DNA of 36,572 nucleotides from contig RBNJ01000212.1 in the NCBI GenBank assembly GCA_003990765.1, positions 1 to 36,572 on the forward strand, written 5' to 3'. Positions 12,025 through 23,295 of the stretch are shown here, piece by piece. A model generated the notes under the pieces. The model saw only the letters and a list, made by a program, of their open reading frames with translations, had not been told where the DNA came from and ran no database searches. This DNA is from Jimgerdemannia flammicorona (lineage: Eukaryota). The stretch's first letter is position 1, and every line of letters starts with the position of its first letter. The position numbers were made by a program, and so were the translations under genes.

Positions 12025-13812
12025 TCACCACAATTATATAAGTCACCTTAGTATCAGAATTTCTAGACCAAATCAGGCAAGCTTATAAGGAAGATATAGT
12101 TGCTACTAGAGTTTTCTCAAACAAGCTCAAGGATACATATACTATCAAGAACAATCTGATCTATCATCAAGACCAAGTTTATCTACCTGAAAACATGAAC
12201 CTATACTATAAGGTTTTACAAGAACACTATAACTCTCCTCTCATCAGTCATCTGAGAATTAAGAAAACTATCAAAAATATCTAACACCACTACTATTAGC
12301 CAAGTATGGTCAAGAAAATCAAGAACTATATTGCCAGCTGTAATCTATACCAGTGCAATAAGTCTACCAACCAAGTACTTACCAGTTTGCTACAATTACT
12401 GCCAATTTCTACTAAGAAATTTGAGTAAGTTACCATAGACTTTATAACTCAACTATCATAAACCCAATCTGGTGCTAATACTATTATCATATTCATTAAC
12501 TGTCTGACCAAGACTATGGTTGCTAAACCAACTACTATCAATACTACTACATCCAAGATTGCAAGAATCTTCTTCAAGTTCATCTTCTGTCACTATGGTC
12601 TACTATGAGTAATTGTCAGCAATTATGACCCCAAGTTTACCAGTCACTTCTGGCAAACTCTCTTCAAGACTCTGGGAACTCAACTGGCTATATCTACTGC
12701 CTTTTATCTACAAACTGATAGACAAACTGAGTATATGAACAGAACTCTAGAATAAATGCTTAGAAACTATGTTTTTTATGAGTAAGATAATTGAGACCAT
12801 TACTTAACTTATGTGAAGTTTATATATAACAATGCTATCTAATCATCTACTGGTCTTTTCCCTTTCTGGTTACTCTATAGTTGAGATCCTGAGATCTCTG
12901 TAAGTTTATTCTCTTTCAAGAAAAGCAGTCAAATATAAGTTCTTACTACTAAGAGCCTTATAGACAAAATAAACAAACTACTCAAGATTGCTACTATAAA
13001 TCTTCAGAAAGCTCAGTAGTATCAAGCCAAGTATGCTGACAAGAAATACCATGATATTACTTACACTATTGGAGATTAAGTCCTACTGTCTACTGAAAAT
13101 CTCAAGATATAATCTCAAATTAACTGCTCTTCAAACAAGTTCCAACTCAAGTATATTGGACCTTTTGAGATCACTGAATAAGTCTCTATATCCTCCTACT
13201 ACCTCAAGTTACCTGAAACCATGAGAGTATACTCAGTCTTTTATATATTATATCTTAAGATCTGGAACCAGTCACTGCTCTACTCTGATCAAATTTCTAA
13301 GCCATCTGCCCCTGTAATTATTGAAGACCATATTGAGTACAAAACTGAGAAAATCCTCAACAAATGAATCTACTACTGCTGTTCTGAATATCTAGTCAAG
13401 TAGATGGGCTCTCCTGAATATGATGCTACCTAAGAACTACTGATTGATCTCAAGAACTCTCAAGACCTAGTCCAAAACTTTAAGGCAAAATACATTGCCC
13501 AATCCCTGTAGTAACTTTCTTGGATTATTGATGACCTATAGCAATAACCAGTATCTTATGCATTAGAAGTTTACTTTGAGACCCCAGAACTAGTAAAACA
13601 TTTAATAAATAAGAAGTCTACCGAAATAAAGCTATTAGCTGGGCTTGAACTTCTACCAGTTAGTTAGTCTGATAATAGGTACTCTGCTCTATATGAGGAT
13701 AGCCAATCCTCACCAATGTACTAATATAAGTTTGAGAAATTTTGGTTAAATATATCTAGTCTTATATTACCTAAGAACTCAATGAGAATATTAATTCTTA
13801 AGGAGAGAGGGA

Positions 13813-14276
13813 TGTAATAATTTCACAGTCATATTTAGTCTTAGTATATTTTTATATCTTTTAGTTAGTCTTTTCTTATTATTTCTTGAACATTCTACTA
13901 TATTCTGCCATCTTTTACTTACTTAGAAACCTTCTCTTGGTGCCCAGATACTATTAGAATATTCTTGTCTTTCCTTGGTACTAAGTATTTTATCTTAGCT
14001 AGTTATAGAACCTTTTGGAACATTGTAGAATAGTATTAGTCAGCTTTATCAAGAATCTATTTCTTGGCATTTCTCTTTTTTTTCAAGATTCTTCTGGATC
14101 TTTCTTTCAGATTATATATAAATATCCTTGTTCTCTACCTGAATAAAGCTCAGAATATTTTCTCCCAGAAATTCTTTGAGAATACTTGAACTTTTAAGTA
14201 TCTCTTTGAGCTACTTTAGGCTAACTAGAACTTCCAGCTTAAGCTACTTTCTCTTAAAGAAACTAGAACTATTATA
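13813..14276 (+). repeat. 3' LTR, family L2
   Basis: Starts TGTAAT directly after the PPT; matches 6607-7070. Confidence 0.95.
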
Positions 14277-14282
14277 GTTATA

Positions 14283-15075
14283 ATATCTATTATTTATCTA
14301 ATCTTATTTATAATTTAAGTTAAAGTAATTTATCTATTATTTACTCAATCTTATTTATAATTTAAGTTGAAGTAATATATATCTATCTTTCTTTTTAATA
14401 TTTATATCTACTCTAATCTAATTTTATTTATAATATCTATTTATTATTCTTCTTATATATTTCAATTTAATCTTATTTATCATTTAAGCTAGAGTCATAT
14501 ATATTATTTATTTATCTAATTTTATCTATAATATTTATTTATTATTTTTCTTATCTACTTCAATATAATCTTAATTATAATTAGTACTTTCAAATAAATC
14601 AAATTGAGATCTAATATAATTAAAAATTAAAAATCAAACTTTAAAATATAAAAACTTATACAAAATATATTCAAATTTGATAATCTTTATCATATTAGAT
14701 TTTTTTAAATAAAATAAATCTAAAAGCTAAAATTTATCAAATTTGAATATATTTTTATTAAGTTATTGAATTTTGAAAATTAAGATTCAAATTGAAACTT
14801 AAATTAATTTAGATCTTAATTTAATTTGAATTAAATTAAATTGGAATTATTCTAAATCAAATTAATTCTCAATTTAATTTAAATATTTTGAATTGAATTA
14901 AATTAAGTTTAAATTTGATTTAATTTAATATATTCTAAGTACTAAGCTAAAGTGATAAATATCTATCATTTATTCAATTTAAGCTAAAGTAATATATATC
15001 TATTATTCATCTAATTTAAGATAAAGTAGTATGTTCATTGTTCATTCAATTCAAGCTGAAGCAGTATACATCCAC
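14283..15075. repeat. AT-rich degenerate minisatellite (~36-48 bp units) interrupted by a MITE-like element
   Basis: Recurrent ...ATTCAATTCAAGCTGAAGCAGTATACAT-like units (AATTTAAGCTAAAGTAATATATAT in mutated copies). Confidence 0.65.
14582..14944. mobile_element. Heavily AT-mutated MITE related to 8663-9019
   Basis: Ends TAGTACT...AGTACTA, similar length (363 bp), internal palindrome and pentamer repeats; no intact 8-bp TSD. Confidence 0.6.
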
Positions 15076-15456
15076 TCTGACCAAGCAGTATATGGCCACA
15101 CTGTAATTTAAGGGTCCTCTGGAAGCATTATAGAGACTATCCAATAGGTCCAAAAAGTCAAAAAGACGCCATACCCTAGGGTACCACCTATGCTTTTATT
15201 CGGTACCCTGCCTCCACTACTATATATCTGTCAATGAAGAAGTTCGCTGGGGCAAGCATTATCCATTTATCGTAATCAGATGTCTCCTTGTCCAGAACAT
15301 TAAAAAATAGAAATAAAAACTAAATAAAAAAAGGTGATGGGTTTATGTGAAAATTAAATGGCGTTGAAGGGGGAAAACAAAACAACCCCCCCCCCCCAAA
15401 AAAAAAGCTAAAGACGAACTAACCCCTTAACTTTCATTATAATTCACTCCCACCCC

Positions 15457-17165
15457 TCATTCGTCCGCCATGGCAACTAAACCCATCCCGAGCTCGGCCT
15501 CATCCTCCAGCCCCTCCTCGACACCCGAACGCGGCTTCACGACCCTTCGATACCGCCGCGGCCCCCACAACCTCCATTCCCGGCCGACGATGACGGGCTC
15601 GCCGATCCAGTAGACGAGAAACGTGAGAGTGGCCAGGGCGGCAATGCAGCGGTACAGTGCGGCGGGTCCGTAGGAGTTGTAGACGGCGCCGCCGACAATC
15701 CCACCGAGGCCGCCGCCGATCCCGTAGTAGATGCCGCTGTAAACGCCCACTGCCGTCGTCTGCAGGTCAAGTGGGGTAATGTTCGTCACGAAGTGAGCGC
15801 CTCCGCTCCAGAAGAGGGCGAACCTGCGGTGCGGGTGTGGTTGAGGAGGAGGGGAATGGATGGAATATGATGGCGACGTGAATAATAAATCGAGGGGAGC
15901 AAAAAAGAAAGATCTAATACTTTACAACACATTACACAAAAGCGATAGATGTTACCCACATAAAACCATGCAACATCTCGACCACCAAGCTCATAGCTGG
16001 CACCAAATTCTCCCCGAAATATCCATATACACTAGCCCTGACCAACAACGCAACCTGGCTTGCCAGTATCATGTATTTGTACCCAACAGTCTTCAGCAAA
16101 CGATCCGACATCTGGAAGCACATGACTTCGAGCGATATCCCGCACAGATGGTTAAGCCCCATGAGCGAGCGCGACGCACCGAGAGTCTCGAGGTACAAGA
16201 ACAGAAAATTTGATGCCGCACTGCGACCAACGCCCATGAGGAACGTGATAAAGAGGAAGAAGATGAACGGTGGATGGGTGAGCAGGTTAGCGAGGGCTGC
16301 GCCGAAATGGGGCGTGGTCGTGTTGCGGGACGATTTGACGAGGACGGCGTCGTGGTCGGAATCATGCGGGTTATCCTCGCCGTCGGAGTCGGTAATGGCG
16401 AAAGTAAGTTCGCCTTGTTCTGAGTCTGTGTCGAGGGGGTCCTGGATAAATGGGATTCCCTCCTGGTTGGAGCTCAGGGACCTTGTGGTGGCCAGGCCAG
16501 AGGGGGAGAATTCGTTGGGCGGGGTGCGGAAGATGAGGACGAGAAAGGCGGATATGGCAATAGCGTATATGAGGAAGGAAATTTGGACGGTATGGAAGGC
16601 GTCGATGAGGAGACCGAGGATTGCGGCGGTTAGCCCACAGGAGATGGTGCCGAAGAGGCGCTTGGAGGAGATTTGCGTCAGATGATTGTCGTCCGACATT
16701 GAAGCAATGAATTATATAATATAACCTCTCCTCGCTTACCTGCTGTCCGTACAAGCCCTTGTTCCCCGTCCTCTCCAAAAACCCCAACACATACGCATCC
16801 ACCAACGGCATCACCGCCCCCGCCAGACAAGCGTACAACAAGAAGCTTCCAAATAGCATCGGAAATTCCAAGCTCGGTCCCAGAATAGGTAGCAACACCA
16901 CAAAGGCGGCCGCGCCAATCGTGCAAGCGACGAGAATGCGCTTGTGCAACAGGTATTTGTCTGCAAGGGAGGTCCACGCAGCTGAGGAAACGAACTCGAC
17001 AAACGGTGCACACCCGAGAAGGAGGCCGATCCGGTTCGCGGTGAGACCTCCTTCTCCGAGGAAGAGAGGGAGGAAAGGGTAGATGCTACATATGGCGATA
17101 AAAAAGGTCACATAGAGGAGTTTTGGGAAGATAAAATCTATACGGAAGAGTACGGATGGAAACAT
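15457..17165 (-). CDS. MFS transporter, MFSD6-like (MFS_1_like family), 497 aa; exons 17165-16740, 16660-15960, 15823-15457
   Basis: Multiple hydrophobic helices. GT-AG splicing restores the family-typical LYGQQRLFG and EMLHGFMFALFW; also YYGIGGGLGGIVGG. Exon phases are consistent. Confidence 0.9.
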
Positions 17166-17287
17166 GGTTGCGAGAGGAACGTTGATGTGTGACTCGTCTT
17201 TTTATGCACGTGCTCTGAGACAGTCGTCTTCACGTGATGTCGCCTTAAATTGCCCCGCGGCCACACGACCAACAGTCACCACACAAC
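17166..17287. promoter_or_regulatory. 122-bp bidirectional promoter with two CACGTG E-boxes
   Basis: Head-to-head ATGs at 17165(-) and 17288(+); GCACGTGC at 17206-17213 and TCACGTGA at 17230-17237. Confidence 0.6.
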
Positions 17288-18171
17288 ATGATCTCCTTCA
17301 TCCTTCTCGTAAACAAGCAGCGCCGGACAAGGCTGTCGCGATATTTCGCCCGGGATGGCATACCATCCGTCGAAAAGCGACCGGCGTTTGAAGCCGATGT
17401 TGCCAAACACTGTTCGCTGAGGGATGATCAGAAGGTCCGAGTAACTACGAGTGGGTGGGACGCAAAGGCGTTTGCGGGCTCGATACTGACAATTTGCCAA
17501 TCACTCTGTAGGCGATGATATTTGACCATAACAAGTACCGCATAGGTAATCAATGGAAACCATTCACTTGCCGTGATAGTTTGTTGAGGCTTGCTGACCT
17601 TACTCTCTCTCCCCACTCACCTTGGTATAATTACCGTCAGCGTACCGCCGTTATGCGTCCCTTTACTTTGCTATTGGATTTGAAGGGAAAGAGGTGAGTT
17701 TAAAACGACGCTTCTGATTCGTTGGAAATGACTATCATCTCACCATTTTAACCGTTTTCAATAGAACGAATTCGCGATTCTCGAGCTCATTCAGGCCTGC
17801 GTTGGTAAGCGAACTCTCCACATTTCGCATTTTAAACAAATTTCGCACTACATAAGTGGTTATAGCGAGCCTCAAAATCGCTTCCTTCTCGCCACCGAAC
17901 CTGCTAGAGGCTTTAAACGCATATTTTGAGAACATCGTCTGTATTTTTTTCTTTTTCCACTTCGTTATTAAATGTCATCGACCGCATCTCTAAACCGTCT
18001 TCCCCGCACTACTCCGCATCGCCAAAGTCTGAGCTAGACATCATGTTCAACCTCGAGAAGGTCCACATGATCTTCGAGGAGGTCGTCCTGGACGGCCATG
18101 TCGTCGAGACGAATAAGGACAGGATCCTGGCCCCTATCATTGCCACGCGCAAGGAGAAATCGTCGCGGTGA
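17288..18171 (+). CDS. AP4S1: AP-4 adaptor complex sigma subunit, 148 aa; exons 17288-17434, 17512-17545, 17641-17693, 17765-17804, 17908-17936, 18028-18171
   Basis: Spliced product [20 protein letters not shown]...[10 protein letters not shown]...[11 protein letters not shown]...[18 protein letters not shown]...[11 protein letters not shown]. VNKQxx[13 protein letters not shown] and ETNxxRILAP match sigma4 as I recall it. All introns are GT-AG and in frame. Confidence 0.88.
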
Positions 18172-18786
18172 TGGCGGTATACCTGTTTGGGCGCGGTGGC
18201 CGACGGTCTGGCTGGATTGATATAATAATTTTAATCTATAGGTTTTGTAATGATTTTTAGGTCCGCAGTGGTAATATCGTGGGTCGATTCTGTATGAATG
18301 GTGTATGGTTTTCGACACCATAACATGATCTTTGAACATTTCAAACCCCAATGCGCACTTCTGGCTTCTGTTCTGGTTGTCTAAGGTTGAGAAAGGCAAT
18401 CATGGCTTCCTGCCAGATAATCAAGGCGGATTTCCCACGATACATGGGATCTCCCCAAATTTGACAGTCAAAAGATTCGAGTTTTGCGATTTTGGAATAA
18501 TCGATCTTCATTATATCACACTGAGCTGATATATACAAGGTTCATATTCCTGTTCATTGAATTTCACTAAAATACGGGTTGAGATAACAATTTCGATCAT
18601 TCCACCCCACCCCCCCACCCTCCTCCCTCCTCCCTCATCTTGCTGATGCGCAAATCAAACCGTCATTTCTCACAAATATCATTCAATCTCCACGAATAAC
18701 ACATTGCCGATTCAGAAATCCCGCAAACATGCAAGAACAAGACAAATGCTGACGCGGGAGCAGACCGTCGCCGACGTTCCATCCGC

Positions 18787-19431
18787 TTACTGGAACTTGC
18801 CCATGGTTTCCTGGATGCCAGCGCTCTTGTCGATACGGGAGACGAGGCGGATATTGGACTCGATGCGCTGACAGTTCATCTTGTGGATGGCATCGTGGCA
18901 CTTCCTGGTAAGGGTAAGAGGTCGGAGTGGATAACAAGAGGTGATTAGCGCAACAGTATTCTTTGCCGTTGGTAAAGTTCTATATGGAAAGGGATGGAAG
19001 GAGTCCAACCTGATGACGTTCATGACATCGTCCCAGCTGCCCTCGACGTTGGTGCCAGTGGCGTGAACGTGGAAGTTGAGGCTATTTAGCAATGCATAAG
19101 AGGTGAAGGAAAGATGAGAACTTGTAGTCGTAATTGTATTCTGACATTGTTTTGACTTACCCGCTTTCCTTCAGGATTCTGGTAGTCTCGTTGATGTACT
19201 AATCCGAGCAAGTTACAAATAAAAGTCGAAATGGATGATCGTTGCATTTACTCCCAAAGGCAATGGCGAAAGAGAAGCCTACCTTGCAGGTCGAGATGTC
19301 AGCGCCGAGGGGGGAGACGCTTTGGGGAGGCCAAGTTTGACGAAATTACTCACGGTTTCAAAACCGGACTGAAGACTAGTCATATGCACGTACCAGAAGT
19401 CAGCGAGAATGTGCTCATGGAATTCCTTCAT
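18787..19431 (-). CDS. ECM15: UPF0045/Thiamine_BP family protein (Ecm15/MTH1187-like), 100 aa; exons 19431-19394, 19319-19283, 19198-19161, 19081-19010, 18904-18787
   Basis: Spliced product MKEFHEHILADFCVSPLGADISTCKYINETTRILKESGLNFHVHATGTNVEGSWDDVMNVIRKCHDAIHKMNCQRIESNIRLVSRIDK...; GTxxEGxWD and RxDK family motifs; phases consistent. Confidence 0.87.
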
Positions 19432-20019
19432 GTCGATGGTTTTTGTATGAGTTGTTTTGGATAGAATGAACAGCGTTTGCGCTACAATTCCCATCGCTAC
19501 TTATAGCCTCCTATGCGTAAAAATTCATGCGGTACGCGAAGGATGCAGGAAATGTGACGCGTGACTGATATCATATTGGTGCATTGATATGCTGATATCA
19601 CCTTACAGATCTTTATAGCGCTGACGCTCATGGCGTAGACTGGCAATTCCATTAAAGTTCGGATTGGTTTTGTGTCAGTTTGCTTGCGCATTAGCCTTGA
19701 TCGGGTAAATTATGTCGGGTAACAATGACATCTCGCTTTGGATTAGTGGTTTCACGCTGCCCATGGGCGCAGACAATGTTTCTCCAGTATCCTATAGTTA
19801 TTTATCGCATCGCTGACGGGACGTCACACTATAGGTATTCTTCGCTTCAAACGTGTGGAAATGTAAAGAGGGAGAGGAGTACTTGTATGCTATGCTAGGC
19901 GAGCTAGTTTTGGATTGAAATGAAGTGTCAATAACTAGCTTTTGGGAACTTATGCATTTTACTTTTTATTAAATATAGTAAGCCTTGTGTGAGGAGACAT
20001 TCAGCCAAACAAATCACCC

Positions 20020-20550
20020 TATGTCTCACAGTTTTATTTGTCATAAAGGATAGAACTCTACAAATGTATGTAGACTATTATATACTCAACAAGCTTACAG
20101 TTAAGAACTGATATCTACTCATTGATCAAATTTTTGATATACTTAAGAATATCAAACATATTACTAAGCTAGACATTATATCTAGTTACTATCAAATTCA
20201 AATCAAGTCTGAAAATATTTTCAAAATTATCTTTATAATTTCTTTTAGACTTTATAAATTTCTAGTCCTTATATATATTTGGTTTTATCAATATATTTAC
20301 TATATTTCAGACTCTTATAAATAAGATATTTAAGAACTAACTTTTATTTTTCTATTAATATATCTTGATGATATTCTGATGTTTAATTTAACTAAAGAAG
20401 AGTATTTTAAGTATATTTACCTAGTTTTGAAAATTTTACAAAAATACAAATTATATATTAAGCTTAAAAAATGTGATTTTTTATTATTATATTATCTTTT
20501 CTCAAAAAATTCAAGTTGATCTATATATAAGATAGAAATAATTTAAAAAT
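20020..20550 (+). pseudogene. Highly degenerate Ty3/gypsy RT fragment related to family L2
   Basis: Similar to ~9660-10210; LIYLDDILMF near 20360-20385. Confidence 0.8.
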
Positions 20551-20558
20551 AATTTGAA

Positions 20559-20820
20559 TATAATAGTTTTAGTTTCTTTAAGAGAAAGCAACTAAATTTT
20601 TTAAAAAAATTAGTAAATTTAGAATAATTCAAAGAGATATTTAAAGGTTTGGATAATTTTAAAGAATTTCTAAAAAAAAAAAAAAAATTGAGTTTTATTC
20701 AAACAGATAAAGAGAATATTTATAAAAAGATCTTAGAAATAAAGAGAAAAGCCAAAAAAGTAATTTTAGTAAAAAATAGTTAATACAGTTTTATAATATT
20801 CTAAAAAGTTCTATAATTAG
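20559..20820 (-). repeat. Partial, heavily mutated L2 LTR truncated by an L1 LTR
   Basis: Matches 25513-25790. Confidence 0.75.
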
Positions 20821-23235
20821 TATTATATAGTAGTCACTGAGTCCTTTAAATATGTCAGATTCTCTTCAAGATATATCTCTTAGACTAACTACAAGTTTGT
20901 TATAAGTAGGTTCTTATTAGAGTGTCTTTCCAAGGTCTTATAGTTCTCAAACTTCTTATCTTTAAACTGTCTTATTATTTCTTAAATTGCTTGCATAGAA
21001 TTGAGGGTAAGTGAACTGGAACTGACTTTATTTTAAAGGAAATGAGAGAAGTATTTATATAAAATATAATTTAATAGTTGCTAAGTTATAAAGTTAAATA
21101 TAAATTCCAATAACTAAATAAAATACTGAAACATAAAAAACTATAGTTGTAAGTACAAATTCAAGTGTCTATACAAATAGTTATATAAGTTCAGAATATT
21201 AGTAGATTTTGGTGATATAGAAAAAGAGTGCTTGAAGATTCAGATATTATAAAAAAAAGAATACTAGTAGAATTTAGTATATAAAAAAAGGATGCTAGAA
21301 GATTTCAGTATTATCAAGAACTTAGAGCAAAATGTTCAAGACCATAGGGGCTTTATCTTTGTTGCTGCTGAAGAAAATGAGATCTATGAATATTTTGTCT
21401 ATTTTGTATATATTGTATAGAATAATATTATTACTAATAATATCATCATATTCAATAGTGGGGAAAGTAAGGAGATCCAGAGCTCTCCAATCTATGATAT
21501 TCTCTTCTACAAAATAAGAAACAAATGTGGGGTCTTGGGGAGGTCTAATCTAGATACTGGGACCTTGGAATACTGAGATAAATCCTTATATGAATTGATC
21601 TGGATTGTCCTGGAGGATGGGATACTAGAACTCTTCTACTTCATCACTATTGAAGATGATAGTGGACTGGGCTTCTGTGGCCACTATGGCCTTCAGTATA
21701 TTGGTATAGTAGGCTGACAATTTCTTAAAGTCTGAGACTTTGGTATACTTCAAGTTGGGGATCAACTATAGTATATGCCTGAAAACCTAATAAATCTTCT
21801 TGGCTGTCATTATTTCATATATATATATAGGAGTAGTATCTTGTATTTCTTGGAGACTGGCCTGAGAGAATTCCCAGTAGAGAAGATTTCCTATTTTGTA
21901 TTTCTGCCACATCTAGAGATATTTGATAGCAATAGTGATCCTTGTTTCTATTTCATAGCAGTAGAGAATATAATGATAAGAATCACTAGTACTCAGGTTG
22001 AGGCTAGAAGTCCTTCTTATACAGATTCTTATAGCTTTTCTGATGCCTTAGAACATCCTTTTCTGGACTAAGAGATCTAGTAATTTCTGGACCTTGAGGT
22101 TTAGTGAGCAGCAGGTATTTATTTATGGTAAGTCTTTTGAACTATTTTTGTAAGCTTTGTTTGAGTTGCTGCTACTGCAGTTTCTTAATCCTTCTTTTAT
22201 ATTCCTCAAGATATCTGTCTTGTAGTTATAATGACTTATGGTTGGTCATCATTGCTCATCTTATAGCCTGGGTGAGTTATGCCATATGATCTTCTTATAC
22301 TCTGATTTAGTAACTTATAAGAAAAGGCTATCTCCTGTACTGATATCATCATTCTGAGGTCATCATTACATCTTTCTTCTGAATAAGGATCTTCTCTTGA
22401 ATATTCTTATTTATTGATCTAGTCTGAAAAATTTACTGATCTCATAACCTCTGGTAGGAGATCAAAAAGTGGTATTTATGGGCTGGTGTCTTCTCTATGT
22501 ATTTTGACATGATGGTGAAGGGTCACTCCCTTCATATAGAGCAAGGGCCTAATTCTGATCTTGATCAATCAGTTGATGGTTCAAACTTCTCTAGCTTTGA
22601 AAGTCTCATAGATGAGTAGTTACTGGTACTATATCTCTTAAAGAATAGTCTAGAAAGATTGCTTACTAGTCATGGAATATGCTGTTATAATTCACAGACT
22701 AGAACCTTGTAGGTGGTCATTATATTTTACTTCTCTTATATAGATTTATAGTACTTTTTGAGTCTGTTCTTATATACTATAGTAGGCAGTATAGTCTCTG
22801 AGAGTTTTCTAAACCAGAAGATAGTTTTCTTGATATTTTGCATATAGAAGAGTCCTTCTCCTCCAGTTTTCATAAATATGAAGCTTCTACCATATTTTGA
22901 TATAGTAGGACATTTTCTCTGATTTGGATGAGTTTTAGGGTCTTGTGATTCTTTTCTGCATTCTTTCTTATCAGTATTTGTAACTTGATGATGTAATCTT
23001 TGGCCTTCTTTCTAATTTGGTATAGTCTCCAGATTTCTGAGTTAATTTGTCTCTATATTAGGTCTAGATTTATGACTGAGATTCTATCAGAATCTTCTTT
23101 TCCATAGAGCAGTTCTCTTGGGGTAAAGTGTGTACTCTGTGACTATATATCTTATAGAACAGAGAGAGTAGTTGAGAGGTAGTTATCCCAATTGTCATAT
23201 ATATCTGAGATCTTTGCCAGAATGTTCTTGGTAAG
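20821..23235 (-). mobile_element. 3' portion of a family-L1 gypsy element: integrase C-half (~23235-22745), spacer, PPT (~22371-22380) and 1550-bp 3' LTR (22370-20821) containing the accessory ORF
   Basis: KNILAKISDIYDNWDNYLS...EIWRLYQIRKKA...YQNMVEAS...TIFWFRKLSETILPT is closely similar to the integrase at 34156-34740; purine tract then TGTAATG. Confidence 0.88.
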
Positions 23236-23295
23236 CAGAACTTAAGAAAATAGAAGAAGTCAGTATTATCAAGCAAGCTATTAGCCTCTGGGCTT

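Larger units (their letters stand above)
6607..14276 (+). mobile_element. Structurally complete but dead chromovirus-type Ty3/gypsy LTR retrotransposon (family L2): gag-dUTPase-PR-RT-RH-IN-chromodomain
   Basis: 464-bp LTRs at 6607-7070 and 13813-14276; 5-bp TSD GTTAT (6602-6606 / 14277-14281); PBS-like CTTGATAGCAGTAG; PPT AGGAGAGAGGGA. Zinc-knuckle relic CFFYYQTGHIATKC; protease LIDSRAAGNFI; RT LVYLDDILIFS; integrase STAFYLQTD; chromodomain EYKTEKIL...YLVK*MG near 13330-13480. Confidence 0.95.

Noticed and set aside
14283..15075. CRISPR-like array
   Set aside because: Degenerate tandem units without unique spacers; eukaryotic context; no cas genes.
15178..15225. Helitron 3' end
   Set aside because: Hairpin present but no CTRR terminus at the expected distance.
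15860..17082. Plus-strand and alternative-frame ORFs overlapping the MFS gene
   Set aside because: Shadow ORFs of a GC-rich coding sequence.
18180..18540. Short ORFs between AP4S1 and the ECM15-like gene
   Set aside because: No recognisable motif or convincing exon structure; may be UTR or a gene relic, undecidable here.
19690..19740. TPP riboswitch near a thiamine-binding-family gene (CTTGATCGGGTAA)
   Set aside because: No upstream CTGAGA and no TAATxCCxGCG closure; also on the opposite strand to the gene.
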